A stretch of DNA of 53,888 nucleotides, filler included, from Stramenopiles sp. TOSAG23-2 (taxonomy: Eukaryota): NCBI GenBank assembly GCA_900128395.1. It is 4 parts of 4 records of this genome, joined end to end, with 100 filler letters (N's around TTAATTAATTAA, not from the genome) between each part and the next. Parts side by side here need not be neighbours in the genome. Positions count along the whole stretch, not along the records: positions 1 to 13,420 come from LT649802.1; 3 more parts are not named here. One strand, given 5' to 3'. The position numbers and the translations under genes are program-made. Shown in pieces: positions 1 through 11,161 of this stretch. The first letter of the stretch is position 1, and each line of letters starts with the position of its first letter. Below the pieces are notes generated by a model. It did no database searches. It saw only the letters and a list, made by a program, of their open reading frames with translations, and was not told where the DNA came from.

Positions 1-200
1 TTTCCCTATCAATAAAACAGTAAAAAATGGCTGGTCTGATCTTTTTGGCTGCCATATATATTACGAAATTATATATATTACGAACCCGTACATGCATATC
101 ATAAAATATACGACTTGGTTTCGTATGTTTCTCTGCATGTATGGAATCCAATTTTTTACGTAAAACACCTTCGCTCTCTCTCTCTCTCTCTCTCTCTTCT

Positions 201-407
201 CCTTATTCCTTCCTCCTTCTTTGTCTATTTAATGTATCGATTTCATCTTTTAATTTTTGGATTTGATATATCTTACTTTTTCTTTAAATCATTTTTTTAT
301 ATATTATTTGTAAAAAAGTTAAATTTGCACGTGAAAATATCCTTATTCCTTCCTCCTTCTTTGTCTATTTAATGTATCGATTTCATCTTTTAATTTTTGG
401 ATTTGAT
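201..407. repeat. 67-bp direct repeat separated by 73 bp of unique sequence (duplicates the 3' end of the 343-1281 ORF)
   Basis: ccttattccttcc...ggatttgat at 201-267 and 341-407. Confidence 0.9.
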
Positions 408-1281
408 TTTCATATGTTGATTTCATTGCTAACATCTCTTCTTTCATAAATTCAATCGCATCATCCATCTCTTCTTTATTGCCGTTATTTTTGTTATTCG
501 CATTGTAACCAAAGTTATTGTCTTCATTATTGCCACTAAATTCTAAATCAGTCCGTAATTTTTTCAATTGTTTATCTTTTATATTGATTTCGCGTAATAA
601 ATTATTTTTTTCAATTTCATTCTCATTTACTTTGGAACGATATTCCTCTAATGATTTTAACGATTCTTGCAATCGAGCTCCACTCTTTTTATGTCTTTCT
701 TCATGTTTCTTTAATAAATTATTACATGCAAGTATTTCATTTTCTAAATCTAATACTTTATGCTTTAATGGAGAATGATTATTATTACTTTTATATTGTT
801 GAGATGTTGTTGTATGTTGTTTTGTTGTTCCATATTTATTATTATTATTATTATTATTATCCGCATCATTATATTTTTTATTCGAAATTATTTCTTCTAT
901 TTCATTACGATGATCATTCCGTATTGCAACTAATTCATCAGAAAAAAAATCTTCCTTTTCTTTAATTGTATTTTCTAATGTTCTTAATCGTACATTGAAA
1001 TCGTCTTGTATTGTTTTTAATTTTTCTTCTGATAGTTTTCTTAAAGCTTCTTCTTCTTTAATACGTCTTTCTAATAATTTTTTTTCAGTTTTCAAATTAT
1101 AAACTTCTTTCAATGCTTCTTGCATTGCTCTTTCGCTACTGGTTTGCTCCTTAAATATACGAGCATTGAATTTCATTGAAGTATTCACATGCGAAGATAG
1201 TTTCGATACCTCTTGCGATAGTGCAACATTTTGATCTTTTAATTTTGCAGCTTCTAATTCTCTTCTTGCAAGTGCTGCCAT
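343..1281 (-). CDS. Coiled-coil protein of unknown function (may have upstream exons)
   Basis: 312 aa ORF rich in E/K/L/Q heptads with poly-Asn linkers; no recognisable catalytic motif. Confidence 0.65.
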   Translation of the reverse strand: MAALARRELEAAKLKDQNVALSQEVSKLSSHVNTSMKFNARIFKEQTSSERAMQEALKEVYNLKTEKKLLERRIKEEEALRKLSEEKLKTIQDDFNVRLRTLENTIKEKEDFFSDELVAIRNDHRNEIEEIISNKKYNDADNNNNNNNKYGTTKQHTTTSQQYKSNNNHSPLKHKVLDLENEILACNNLLKKHEERHKKSGARLQESLKSLEEYRSKVNENEIEKNNLLREINIKDKQLKKLRTDLEFSGNNEDNNFGYNANNKNNGNKEEMDDAIEFMKEEMLAMKSTYENQIQKLKDEIDTLNRQRRRKE

Positions 1282-1761
1282 AATGTACTAGCTAAAGTTA
1301 AAAATGATTTAATTTTTTTTAGTATAGATGATTTTTTGAAAAATGACTGTAAAATATAATATATATATATATTCACAGATATATAGATAAATATGATAAA
1401 ATATATCTATCCCTTGGGTGTTTTAATGTAACAACTGTGTTGCAATATGAAGCTCCGTTGGCATGAACAAAACAAAAACATATATTATTATATATATACA
1501 TATGATATGATGATGGTACGTTTTACTTTTTTATTGATATTTAAATATATATATTTTTTTTAATTATTATTCAAATTTTTACAAAACCCTATAGACAAAC
1601 ACATATTCTTATATTCTTTTCACCACCACGTTTTAAAACAACTGAAAAAACATACACACTCGAAAGACGAAATTTATATTAATACATATAATATGGAACA
1701 AACAATGTACTGCTATATTTCAAAACATAGAATTTTTATATCTAGAAAGAAACATCTCTCA

Positions 1762-2451
1762 TCAACGCATATTTGGGTTTTCACTTTCTTTATAACCTCT
1801 ATTATTATTATTATTCATCCTATTATTATTATTATTATTATTGTTCTTCTTGTTACTTCGACGAGATAATAAAACTACTGCTCTTGCATTAGTCGATGCT
1901 TGGCTTACATCTTGATGTAATTTTCTTTTATGTTCGTCACTTAATGTGGTTCTTGATACATTTCTTGGAGAACGCCCATTAGGTGGTCGTGGGGATGGTG
2001 TATTAATTATATTCGATCTGGCAAATTTTGCATTATTAGTTTTTTTCTCCGCGTTCGTATTATCGATCTTTTTACGATTCATTCGCATATTCTTCATTAC
2101 ACTAACATTTGATATATTTGGACTACCATTAGTTGTTCTTTTCGTTGGAAATGTGCGTAAACCTCCATTTGTAGTTCCATTTTCAACTTTACTTAATCGA
2201 TAATCAATAACTTCCATACTTGTTATTAATGTTTGCATCATATTTTCCATACGTTGGCATTGTTTACTAATAGCATTTAATGCCTCGGTATTTTGTTGAT
2301 TTATATTTATATATCTTGTTACACAATCGTAGTAGAATAATTTATACTGATGGAAGATATATATATATATATACGAGTCGGTGTATGGAGTAACAAAAAG
2401 GTAAATATTCAACGTGTCAAAATGTATTAGAACTAATATCAATCTGTACAA
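1762..2451 (-). CDS. Hypothetical protein, short coiled coil plus basic low-complexity region; true 5' end uncertain
   Basis: Coding-like from ~2295 down (NTEALNAISKQCQRMENMMQTLITSMEVIDYRLSKVE...); the first ~50 codons of the ORF look intronic or non-coding (AT repeats). Confidence 0.45.
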   Translation of the reverse strand: MYRLILVLIHFDTLNIYLFVTPYTDSYIYIYIFHQYKLFYYDCVTRYININQQNTEALNAISKQCQRMENMMQTLITSMEVIDYRLSKVENGTTNGGLRTFPTKRTTNGSPNISNVSVMKNMRMNRKKIDNTNAEKKTNNAKFARSNIINTPSPRPPNGRSPRNVSRTTLSDEHKRKLHQDVSQASTNARAVVLLSRRSNKKNNNNNNNNRMNNNNNRGYKESENPNMR

Positions 2452-3191
2452 TGTCTCTTCTAACCAATGTATATGTCACATATAATATATGATGTATATA
2501 TATATATCTAAAATGTGTACGTAAATGATAAAGTTGGTGGGGTTAACAATGATATCCTCATGCTATTTGGATACAGAAACGAAAAATAAAAAATTCTTCC
2601 GTCAAAAAATGAATAAACTGTGCATGCGGGGCATGTGGGGTGCAAAATTGGCCTCTGATAAGCCGGCTAAAAATATTTATTTTATTATAAATATCCGATA
2701 TACTGTAATACTGTAATTGGTATAAAAAGATAAGACTATAATACGAATCATTTTTATTTGTATATTTTTTTTGAGTAATAATTCCATATTTACAAAAAAA
2801 TAAAACAAATTGCTATAATTGGTGTATAAAGGGGGGGTAGTCGTCTAAAACTTTCTAAAATACTAAACCAATGGTATTGACCCACTATTTTACTTGAATA
2901 ATAAAAAAAAGAAGTCAAATCCACACACACACGTGCACACCAAAACAACAACTTCTTCTAGACGACTCTTCTAAAATGATGAATCTAAATTCAAAAAGAT
3001 AATAATAAGATGTATATATATATATATTCAATATAGGTTAGACGACTATTTTTTGAAAATGGATTAAGATATAAAATATAAAAACAAAACAGACCGTTGT
3101 GTGTGTGTGTAAATATATACGTTATAGACCATAGTTTGTATATGCATTCATCTAGTAATTTTTGTGCAGATTAAAGCCTTCAAAAAGAATA

Positions 3192-6100
3192 ATGTCCATC
3201 GTAATTATATTTTTCAACTTCTTCATTTTACTACAATTTTTTATTGTTATCCACGCAACAAACCCAAATTGCTCATCGACTGGATTACATATTAGTGTAT
3301 GGAAAAAACATGGTGGTAGTGCTTTTTATATTTTTCAACTTCTTCATTTTACTACAATTTTTTATTGTTATCCACGCAACAAACCCAAATTGCTCATCGA
3401 CTGGATTACATATTAGTGTATGGAAAAAACATGGTGGTAGTGCTTTAAATCACTGGATTGAACAAAATATTTTATCAGTAATAAGAAAAATGGAAGAATC
3501 CAAAAGTAGTGATGAATCCAGTATGGTTTGCAACACAATTCAACCGCAACTAACAAATGATTACATGAACTTTGCTGAGATTTTAGTGAAGGAACATTCA
3601 TTAGATTTATTTGATGTAGATATTGTTTATCCAGGACGTTTTCGAAAATACACATCGGATTTAACAGATTATTCACAGTTTGATGATTTACGTGCATGGC
3701 TTGATAAAGATTTGGAAAAAGCATATTCATCATCAGATGGAAAAAGTCTGTTAGCATTTCCATGGTTTAAAGAGCATGGAGTATTAATATGGCGAAAAGA
3801 TCTTTTAAAGAAACATGGTTATGATGAAAATGAACCATTATCTTCAGATTTTACATGGGAACGGATGGCACACATTGCAGCAGATATTCAAAGCAAGGAA
3901 AGTCAATTAACAGATGGTTATGCATGGCAAGGGAATAATTATGAAGGTTTAACATGCAATGTTATGGAATGGATTGCATCTGATGGAGTAACAAGCCGTA
4001 TAATCGATGATGATAAAATAACACTCGTTGTTAACGAGACGACGGTAAAATCATTTGAACGAGTTGCAAGTTGGATTGGGACGATAACATCGAAGGATGT
4101 AATTGACGGTGATGAAATGACTGTGAAAAATAAATTTGAAACAGGAAAATCATTATTTGTTCGTTTGTGGTCTGGCATGTATGATGGTGTTGCAAAAGCT
4201 GTTGCAGAAAATAATAAAAAGGATGGAACAACATGGGATATTGGTGTTTCATTCATGCCAAAAGGGAATGTAATGAAAGCAGCTACTTTAGGTGGATGGG
4301 GATTAAGTGTTAGTAATTTTGATAAAGAAAGTAGTAATTATTGCAGGAAAAAAAATGCATTGACGGCATTGAACTGGATGGTAAATTTAACAGCGCAGAA
4401 AGCATTTTACAAGCAATTTCAGCGCAATCCAACGTTCAACTCGACCTTCATCGATGAGTTATGTAATGAATCTGACGAATTTCAAGTAGTTTGTGAGTTA
4501 AATAAACAGAAAAAAGCTTCTGTTAATCCAAAACCAAAATTATTTTCCCGACCTGATGTTTCTTTTAATTATCGTTTGAAATCAGAAGTTATATATGATT
4601 TTGTTCAAACGTTTATAGAATTTTATGTAAATCATGAAAGTTATGATCAAATATTAAAAGAATTAAAGGTAAATAATGGACCAAAATATACGAGTCCAAC
4701 AAATATAAGCGATGCAGGTACAATGTTAAATAGGATGATTTGTGTCCTTAACTCTGAACTTTCGAAAGATACTATGGTAAAAAACGACATTGTGGAGTCT
4801 AATCGTCTCCCCTGTCAATGTGGAAAATCGGAATATTGTTCAAGAAACGATGATTATTATTATCCAAATGGCAAAAGTGATGAAGAAAATAGGTTTTTAA
4901 CGTATGTAAAAAGAACGGAAAACAATAAATTTTTTTATCCCGGTGATCAATTTTGCTCAAATCAATATAATTTCACACTTAATTTAGTTAAAACGTTTGG
5001 ATATTTACTAGTTGCAATTATATATGCCTTGTGCATTTTGTTATTTGCATGGATTATGATGAATTTGAAGAATAGAGTTGTCAACCATTCTCAGCCAATA
5101 TTTTTGGTTTTAGTTTTAATTGGTGTATCCTTGAATACATCTACAATTATACCATTTTTGATGGACGAGAGGAGCGTTGAAGGTTGTACACCAAATAAAG
5201 ATAATGTTGTTGTTGATTTCCAAGAAAAATGCCAAGAACCGTTAGACACAGCATGCCGTTCCTTGCCATTTACCTATATGTATGGCTTCGTGATTACATT
5301 TAGTGCTTTATTAGTAAAATTATGGAGGGTAGAGAAAATTTTTAACAACACTCAGTTACGAAGATTGCGAATCAATATGTGTCATTTATATTCATTGATT
5401 GGATGCTTACTAGTCTTAGTTACTATTATAAATACATTGTTGGTTACTAATCCTTCTGCTTTAATTGGTGGGCAAGGATTTACATGGTGGAGACTACGGG
5501 TGACAGAAAGACGTGATACATTGTGTAACAAATTGCCACCATTGGACAAAGACAAAAATATGAATTTTTGCGACAAATATTTATCGAAAATGTCCATCAG
5601 CTCTGTCGGTATGTGTCGCTTTGCACAAACTTCTTGTATTCATTCAAATGCTGGATCTATGATTAGTTCTGGGATGATTGCTATTCTGTTGGATGCAGCG
5701 TTAATGATAATATTTTTACTGTACAGCATGTACATTTCCATTAAAACAAGGGAAATCAAGACGTCATACAATGAAGGAAAATTTATTTTAATTAGTTTGG
5801 TAAATCAATTTCAATTATCCATTGTTGGTGCTGCTATAGTAACAAAATTATCTGAAGTTCAGTCTGGCGATCCAACATACTTTGCCCTAGCTATAATTTG
5901 CATTATTAGTTTTAGCAATTTATCTACGATACTATTGATATTTTTACCGAAATTAATTGTCTGGTACTCACCAGAACTAGTCTGGCGATCCAACATACTT
6001 TGCCCTAGCTATAATTTGCATTATTAGTTTTAGCAATTTATCTACGATACTATTGATATTTTTACCGAAATTAATTGTCTGGTACTCACCAGAACTAGCA

Positions 6101-6253
6101 ACAAGATTGTCAATTGGAGGGCAGAATTCTAGTAAAGCGGAGCCCGGTACGAGTAGTGTTGCGTTGAGCAAAACAGTTTTTGATGATGAAGACACGACTG
6201 AAGTTCCTAATCCCGCGTTTGATATACGAGCATCTAATATGAATATTAGATAA
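3192..6253 (+). CDS. Class C (GABA-B-like) 7TM receptor with N-terminal bacterial sugar-ABC-type solute-binding domain; 940 aa after removing two tandem duplications
   Basis: Signal peptide MSIVIIFFNFFILLQFFIVIHA; SBP motifs DLFDVDIVYPG, LAFPWF..GVLIWRKDLLKKHG, TWE, GYAWQGNNYEGLTCN, ATLGGWGLSV; 7tm_3 motifs VVNHSQPIFL, GFVITFSALLVKLWRVEKIF, KTREIKTSYNEGKFI, LIFLPKL. Removing the 121-bp and 118-bp duplicates gives one 2823-nt frame. Confidence 0.85.
3205..3446. repeat. 121-bp tandem duplication (frameshifts GPCR N-terminus)
   Basis: 3205-3325 = 3326-3446. Confidence 0.95.
5861..6096. repeat. 118-bp tandem duplication (frameshifts GPCR C-terminus)
   Basis: 5861-5978 = 5979-6096. Confidence 0.95.
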
Positions 6254-6333
6254 AGGAAGGGTACGATATATAAATGATATCTCTCAAAAAAAAAATCGCT
6301 TTTTAAATTTCTACGTGTACGAGTAATTACATG

Positions 6334-6334
<1 letters not shown>

Positions 6335-6377
<43 letters not shown>
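6335..6377. repeat. (CA)n microsatellite
   Basis: About 21 CA units between two convergent genes. Confidence 0.95.
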
Positions 6378-6379
<2 letters not shown>

Positions 6380-6382
6380 CTA

Positions 6383-9040
6383 CTATTCCAATGGAAACTC
6401 AGGTTCTAGTGCTGGGTGTGCCATACAATCTGCAAGGAATGTTAAAAAATGATGCTTCTCCAACCATTTATGAATTGTTGATGTCATATTTACTAATTTT
6501 CCACGGCCAAATTGGGACATAATTGGATCTTGAATATTTAAAAAACATGGAGACCATACATCTACGTTATGACCTTTAATTTTTAAATGTCCAATTGCTT
6601 GATAATAATCTCTCCAAAAATAGTACAATGAGTGTACAGTCCATAAATATCCAAAATTGTATGCAGTCGGATTTGATCCCCAATCATATAGATGTGGCGC
6701 ACGATATTTTTGTTCCCGTTGTCTAACAACACTTGTTGCTTGATTTATTAACAATTTAGCTTCATTTAACAAAGACGTTTTATTACTTTGAGATGTGACG
6801 TAATCATATAAAATTCGTGTTGTCTTGTATCGGTAGGTAGTCATATTCCATGCATCCAATATTTCATTTATTATCTCTGTTAATTCGTTTTTTTCACCAT
6901 CGCTTTCTATTGAACATTTTTTCGATAACACAGCTATCTGATTTAAAAAGTCGTTGCTTTGATTTTCCATTTTTAATAGCAGTGGTCGTAATATTTCATT
7001 ATATTTTTTATTACCAAGTTTTTTTGCTTGTGAAAATGACAATTTTAATGGTTGCGTGCTGGGGATCTTTGAACCAATGATTTCTTCTGCCATACTTTCT
7101 ACTTGATTAATTGCATCCCATCCTTCAACATATGCCATACCATTATTTACTAATCTTGATATGTTTACCTTGCTTGTTGTCCTTTCTTCGCTACTTATAG
7201 TTGTTGCATTAGTAGTAGTACTTTGACCATATATTAATGTTTCATTTTGAAATCTTGCAATATTTACTATTAAATCTCGTAATTCTGCTTTTATATCGTT
7301 ATTGCTGTATTTATCATCACGTTTAGATATTGCTACGTTTTCAAGTACTTGATCAATTATTTTAGACATTGCATAGCTTACATTATAATTTAACTTTGGA
7401 TCCCATGCTGCCTCAGCAACAATCACATCGCTTAACCAATACATCCATTCCCAACCACTTGAAAAAATCACTTGCCCGCTAATTTTTTTGTTTTCAAAAA
7501 TTTCACGCTTCGCTATGGCATGTAAATCTTGTATTCGTTTATATGGATAAATTGGAAGAAATAATGGAACAGAAATATCATAATTACCCCAATATGCTGT
7601 TTCCGGTTTATAGACTACTTTTCTATCATTACCTGCAACGTACATTAACCAATCTAACATAAATGAAAAATTTGCTTGTCCATATGACATTCCAGTTGGA
7701 TCATTAAAGCTATATATTTGAACAGTGTGAGGATAAACCGAGACTGAAGTATTTGCAAACATTGGTAGAAAATTGAAATTTAGTGGATCATTTGTCCGTG
7801 GGTCCTTGAAATGTTTACAATATTGATCCGATGATATATGTACTTTCATGAAATATTCTGAATCATATGTAGTTTTCAATATATTGCCTGCAACATTCAT
7901 CATATGTAACATTAATTCATCAGAGCCATGGGTAAATTCTGAATATCCAGATTCAGATGCTATGAAATCAAATCCACAGTTCATTAAATATTTCAACGTA
8001 TTATTAATTTGAACTTCAACTGGTGTGGACTTATCTTTTGGATCGACTAATGTCATGCTATTTTCTTGTGTAAATACAATTGGTACATCGGGGCCACAAG
8101 AAATTCCATAATCATGAAATAATTTACTAATATTTAATAATCGTTCTTGTCTCACTAAACTTTTTGTAAAACTATTATTACTACTATTATTATCAGTATA
8201 GATATCCAGCAGTAACCATTGCGCACGATTTTGTTTCCTTGCAATCAACCATTCAGCCCATAATTCAACTAATTTCATCCCATGTTGGAATCCCTGAATA
8301 TCATTTTCTCCTAAAGGACCAATACCATTTAAATAATACATTAATTCAAGTGGATGCTGTGTATGGTGTGAGAAGCCACGAATGCCCCAATACGGTTTGT
8401 TTGTAGTAATAATATTATTTGATACTGTCGATACAAGATATTTTTTCAATTGTGCAACCATCAAAGTGAGTGATGGAGATGATGGTTTCAATGGATGAAG
8501 AAAAGAGAAACCAAGTGATTGTATTACATCATATAATCCATAAAGTAATCCATTATTAACTTTTGATAAATCAGAGCCAGGTATCGTATTATTCCATTGA
8601 TTTCCAATGATACCTATTGAATATTCATTATTGTTGTTGTTATTATTGTTGTTGTTATTATTATTATTATTATTATTATGAATGGTTTTGAGCATATAGG
8701 CTTCACTACCTAGATTGGCTAACGTTTTAAAATCATCTTTCGAAAATATATTATTTATTTCAACCAAATCATTTCCAATCAATATATTCAGTGTTGTTGA
8801 AGGCAGCGACATTCCATTAATATTTGTATTATTATACGGTTGTATCAGATTGTTGATACGATTTCGAACAGTTTCTGAAATTAAACTTTTTAATGATGCC
8901 TTGGAATATTGAACATTAATAATTAATGTGGTATTATTATTCAACGTCGTTTGACTTGATGCAAACGTTATACTAATAAATAGACACATTATTGTTATTA
9001 TTACATTTAATATTAACGCAATTATCGGAGGGTGTGACAT
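6383..9040 (-). CDS. Secreted 885 aa protein, possibly glycoside-hydrolase-like (GH20/GH67-type N-terminal domain plus barrel)
   Basis: Hydrophobic signal peptide; GLLYGLYDVIQSLGFSFLHP...PYWGIRG pattern typical of the hexosaminidase domain-2/barrel junction; conserved-looking HTQHPLEL, ESGYSEFT, YKPETAYWGNYD, FSSGWEW motifs; many N-x-S/T sites. Confidence 0.6.
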   Translation of the reverse strand: MSHPPIIALILNVIITIMCLFISITFASSQTTLNNNTTLIINVQYSKASLKSLISETVRNRINNLIQPYNNTNINGMSLPSTTLNILIGNDLVEINNIFSKDDFKTLANLGSEAYMLKTIHNNNNNNNNNNNNNNNNNEYSIGIIGNQWNNTIPGSDLSKVNNGLLYGLYDVIQSLGFSFLHPLKPSSPSLTLMVAQLKKYLVSTVSNNIITTNKPYWGIRGFSHHTQHPLELMYYLNGIGPLGENDIQGFQHGMKLVELWAEWLIARKQNRAQWLLLDIYTDNNSSNNSFTKSLVRQERLLNISKLFHDYGISCGPDVPIVFTQENSMTLVDPKDKSTPVEVQINNTLKYLMNCGFDFIASESGYSEFTHGSDELMLHMMNVAGNILKTTYDSEYFMKVHISSDQYCKHFKDPRTNDPLNFNFLPMFANTSVSVYPHTVQIYSFNDPTGMSYGQANFSFMLDWLMYVAGNDRKVVYKPETAYWGNYDISVPLFLPIYPYKRIQDLHAIAKREIFENKKISGQVIFSSGWEWMYWLSDVIVAEAAWDPKLNYNVSYAMSKIIDQVLENVAISKRDDKYSNNDIKAELRDLIVNIARFQNETLIYGQSTTTNATTISSEERTTSKVNISRLVNNGMAYVEGWDAINQVESMAEEIIGSKIPSTQPLKLSFSQAKKLGNKKYNEILRPLLLKMENQSNDFLNQIAVLSKKCSIESDGEKNELTEIINEILDAWNMTTYRYKTTRILYDYVTSQSNKTSLLNEAKLLINQATSVVRQREQKYRAPHLYDWGSNPTAYNFGYLWTVHSLYYFWRDYYQAIGHLKIKGHNVDVWSPCFLNIQDPIMSQFGRGKLVNMTSTIHKWLEKHHFLTFLADCMAHPALEPEFPLE

Positions 9041-9726
9041 GGTTGGTGATTCCAGTTGTATTTCAGGTAGCTAAGGTTCTGTACACAAAGATGCATATAG
9101 ATAGATATACACACATATATATATATGTATACACACACAGAGAGACACACACACACACACATATGCACGGACACGTATTTCTCTTCATGCATCACACGCA
9201 CACACATGCAGTTACCCGATAGGGAGTTTGGTATTATGTGTACACCTAGCAAGGACACACGCCGTAGGCGTGTGTACAGTCAAATTAAGGAAGAAAAAGA
9301 AGAAAAGGAAAAAGAAGGGGAAAAAGAAGAGATTGTTAATGGTATATATATACTAATTGAATGGAGATTTGTGAACTGGAGTATGCTAATTTACAATATT
9401 CCTTTAATTTTTATATGTTTTTCTACCTGCTATTCCATTATAAATTTATTTACATCGTCAATTTTTAGATTTTGATTAAAAATTTCCGAAACACAGCATA
9501 AAGTGTCAATCATCGTTAAAAATTGTAAAAATTCAAAATAGGATCCAAAAAAAATGAGATTAAATTGAATAATTTTAATCCCATTGTTATTAGTTATAAT
9601 TTTTATTTTTCGTTGTTTTATTTATTATTTCCCATTGTTATTAGTTATAATTTATACTATACCATGAAAAAATTATGATATGATACACCAACTTATATAC
9701 ATATACATATATATGCAAACAAAATC

Positions 9727-10137
9727 ATGAATCGTTTTATAATGAAAAACGCACCACCACTAACTAAAAAGAGTGCACAAACAAATACAAGAACCACTGC
9801 AAAGAATGGCGCTGCAAAAAATCGTGCAACGCAGTTAGAAAGAACAACTTTACATGAGGATATCTTAAGCCACATTAAACGCAATTTACCGAAGCCACAA
9901 GCAGATGGAGGACTAAAAATGCATAGTAACAAGGGCGTGAGTATAAGTATTGATGAGCTTAGTATAAATGATATAAAAAAATTAACAAGGGACAATGCAT
10001 TAAAGTTGTGTCAGTTTCATAAGATATCAAATGCAACAAACATGGCAAGAATGGCTAAGAATAACAATAGTCGAAAACTATGTTATATCGAAGCTTTGTG
10101 TGAGTTTAAAAATAACAAAATTAATAAAAAAAAATAA
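9727..10137 (+). CDS. Small basic hypothetical protein (C-terminal helical segment reminiscent of SAP/Rho-N-like folds)
   Basis: 136 aa ATG-initiated ORF with coding-like composition; IKKLTRDNALKLCQFHKI pattern. Confidence 0.45.
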   Translation: MNRFIMKNAPPLTKKSAQTNTRTTAKNGAAKNRATQLERTTLHEDILSHIKRNLPKPQADGGLKMHSNKGVSISIDELSINDIKKLTRDNALKLCQFHKISNATNMARMAKNNNSRKLCYIEALCEFKNNKINKKK

Positions 10138-10416
10138 GATGTAAAAAATGTATATTTTAATTATTTTTGCTCCACTACATCCTATTTTTCAAATACAAAA
10201 ATAATACCAAACTTCAAAGTAAGAATTTCCGAAAAATAAGAATAACAATAGTCGAAAACTATGTTATATCGAAGCTTTGTGTGAGTTTAAAAATAACAAA
10301 ATTAATAAAAAAAAATAAGATGTAAAAAATGTATATTTTAATTATTTTTGCTCCACTACATCCTATTTTTCAAATACAAAAATAATACCAAACTTCAAAG
10401 TAAGAATTTCCGAAAA
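10056..10416. repeat. 181-bp tandem duplication spanning stop codon and 3' flank
   Basis: taagaataacaatagtcg... starts at 10056 and 10237. Confidence 0.95.
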
Positions 10417-11161
10417 TATAAAGAAAAAAAAATTCCAAATATTTCCTCTAATTTGATAGCATAAAAATGTTCTTGTTACTATACTAAAAAAACTCCAATT
10501 TGTAGAATTGTTCTTTTGGAATTAGGCAGTACACAGCATCATGGTGATATGTCCATGTTAATTTTACTGTACACACGTTTTTTATGTCCCGGATTTCGTT
10601 TGAACACAGCGGGACATTAGCTGTGTGCCTGTTAATTAGTATGGACATAGTAGGACGGGACATTAATGCTGTGTATATGCTATTTATTTTAAATATGGTA
10701 AATTTAGCATGGACATAGCGCATGTCCCAAAAATGTCCCAAATGTCCCGATATAATCTGGGACATGTGCTATTCAATGCTAATCATTTCAGGCCTATTGC
10801 TTAGTAAATTTTACTGTACACACCCTATCCCTCCGAAATCGCAGGCATCGAAATGTGCATTGCAAATTGTTGCAACAAATAAATAAATACATTCTTTCGT
10901 AAAAAACAAAATTATGTTTTTGAATTGAGGAGGCCGGCCTAGAAGAAAGTGGGAGAGAGTAAAAAGGAAACAACAAAATTATCGTTTTGAATCCTATTTT
11001 ATCGAATGCCCAAGGAAAGTAAGGTATCATATTTTTTTCATTAATACATTATCATATATATATATATATATATATATTTGTAATTAGTTATATATTATAT
11101 TCATAATAGTACTAGCTACATTTGAATTGTTATACAAATACAAAATAATACTCCTAGAATA

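Noticed and set aside
8626..8678. (AAT/AAC)n tracts here and in most genes
   Set aside because: Ordinary poly-Asn low-complexity sequence of AT-rich protists
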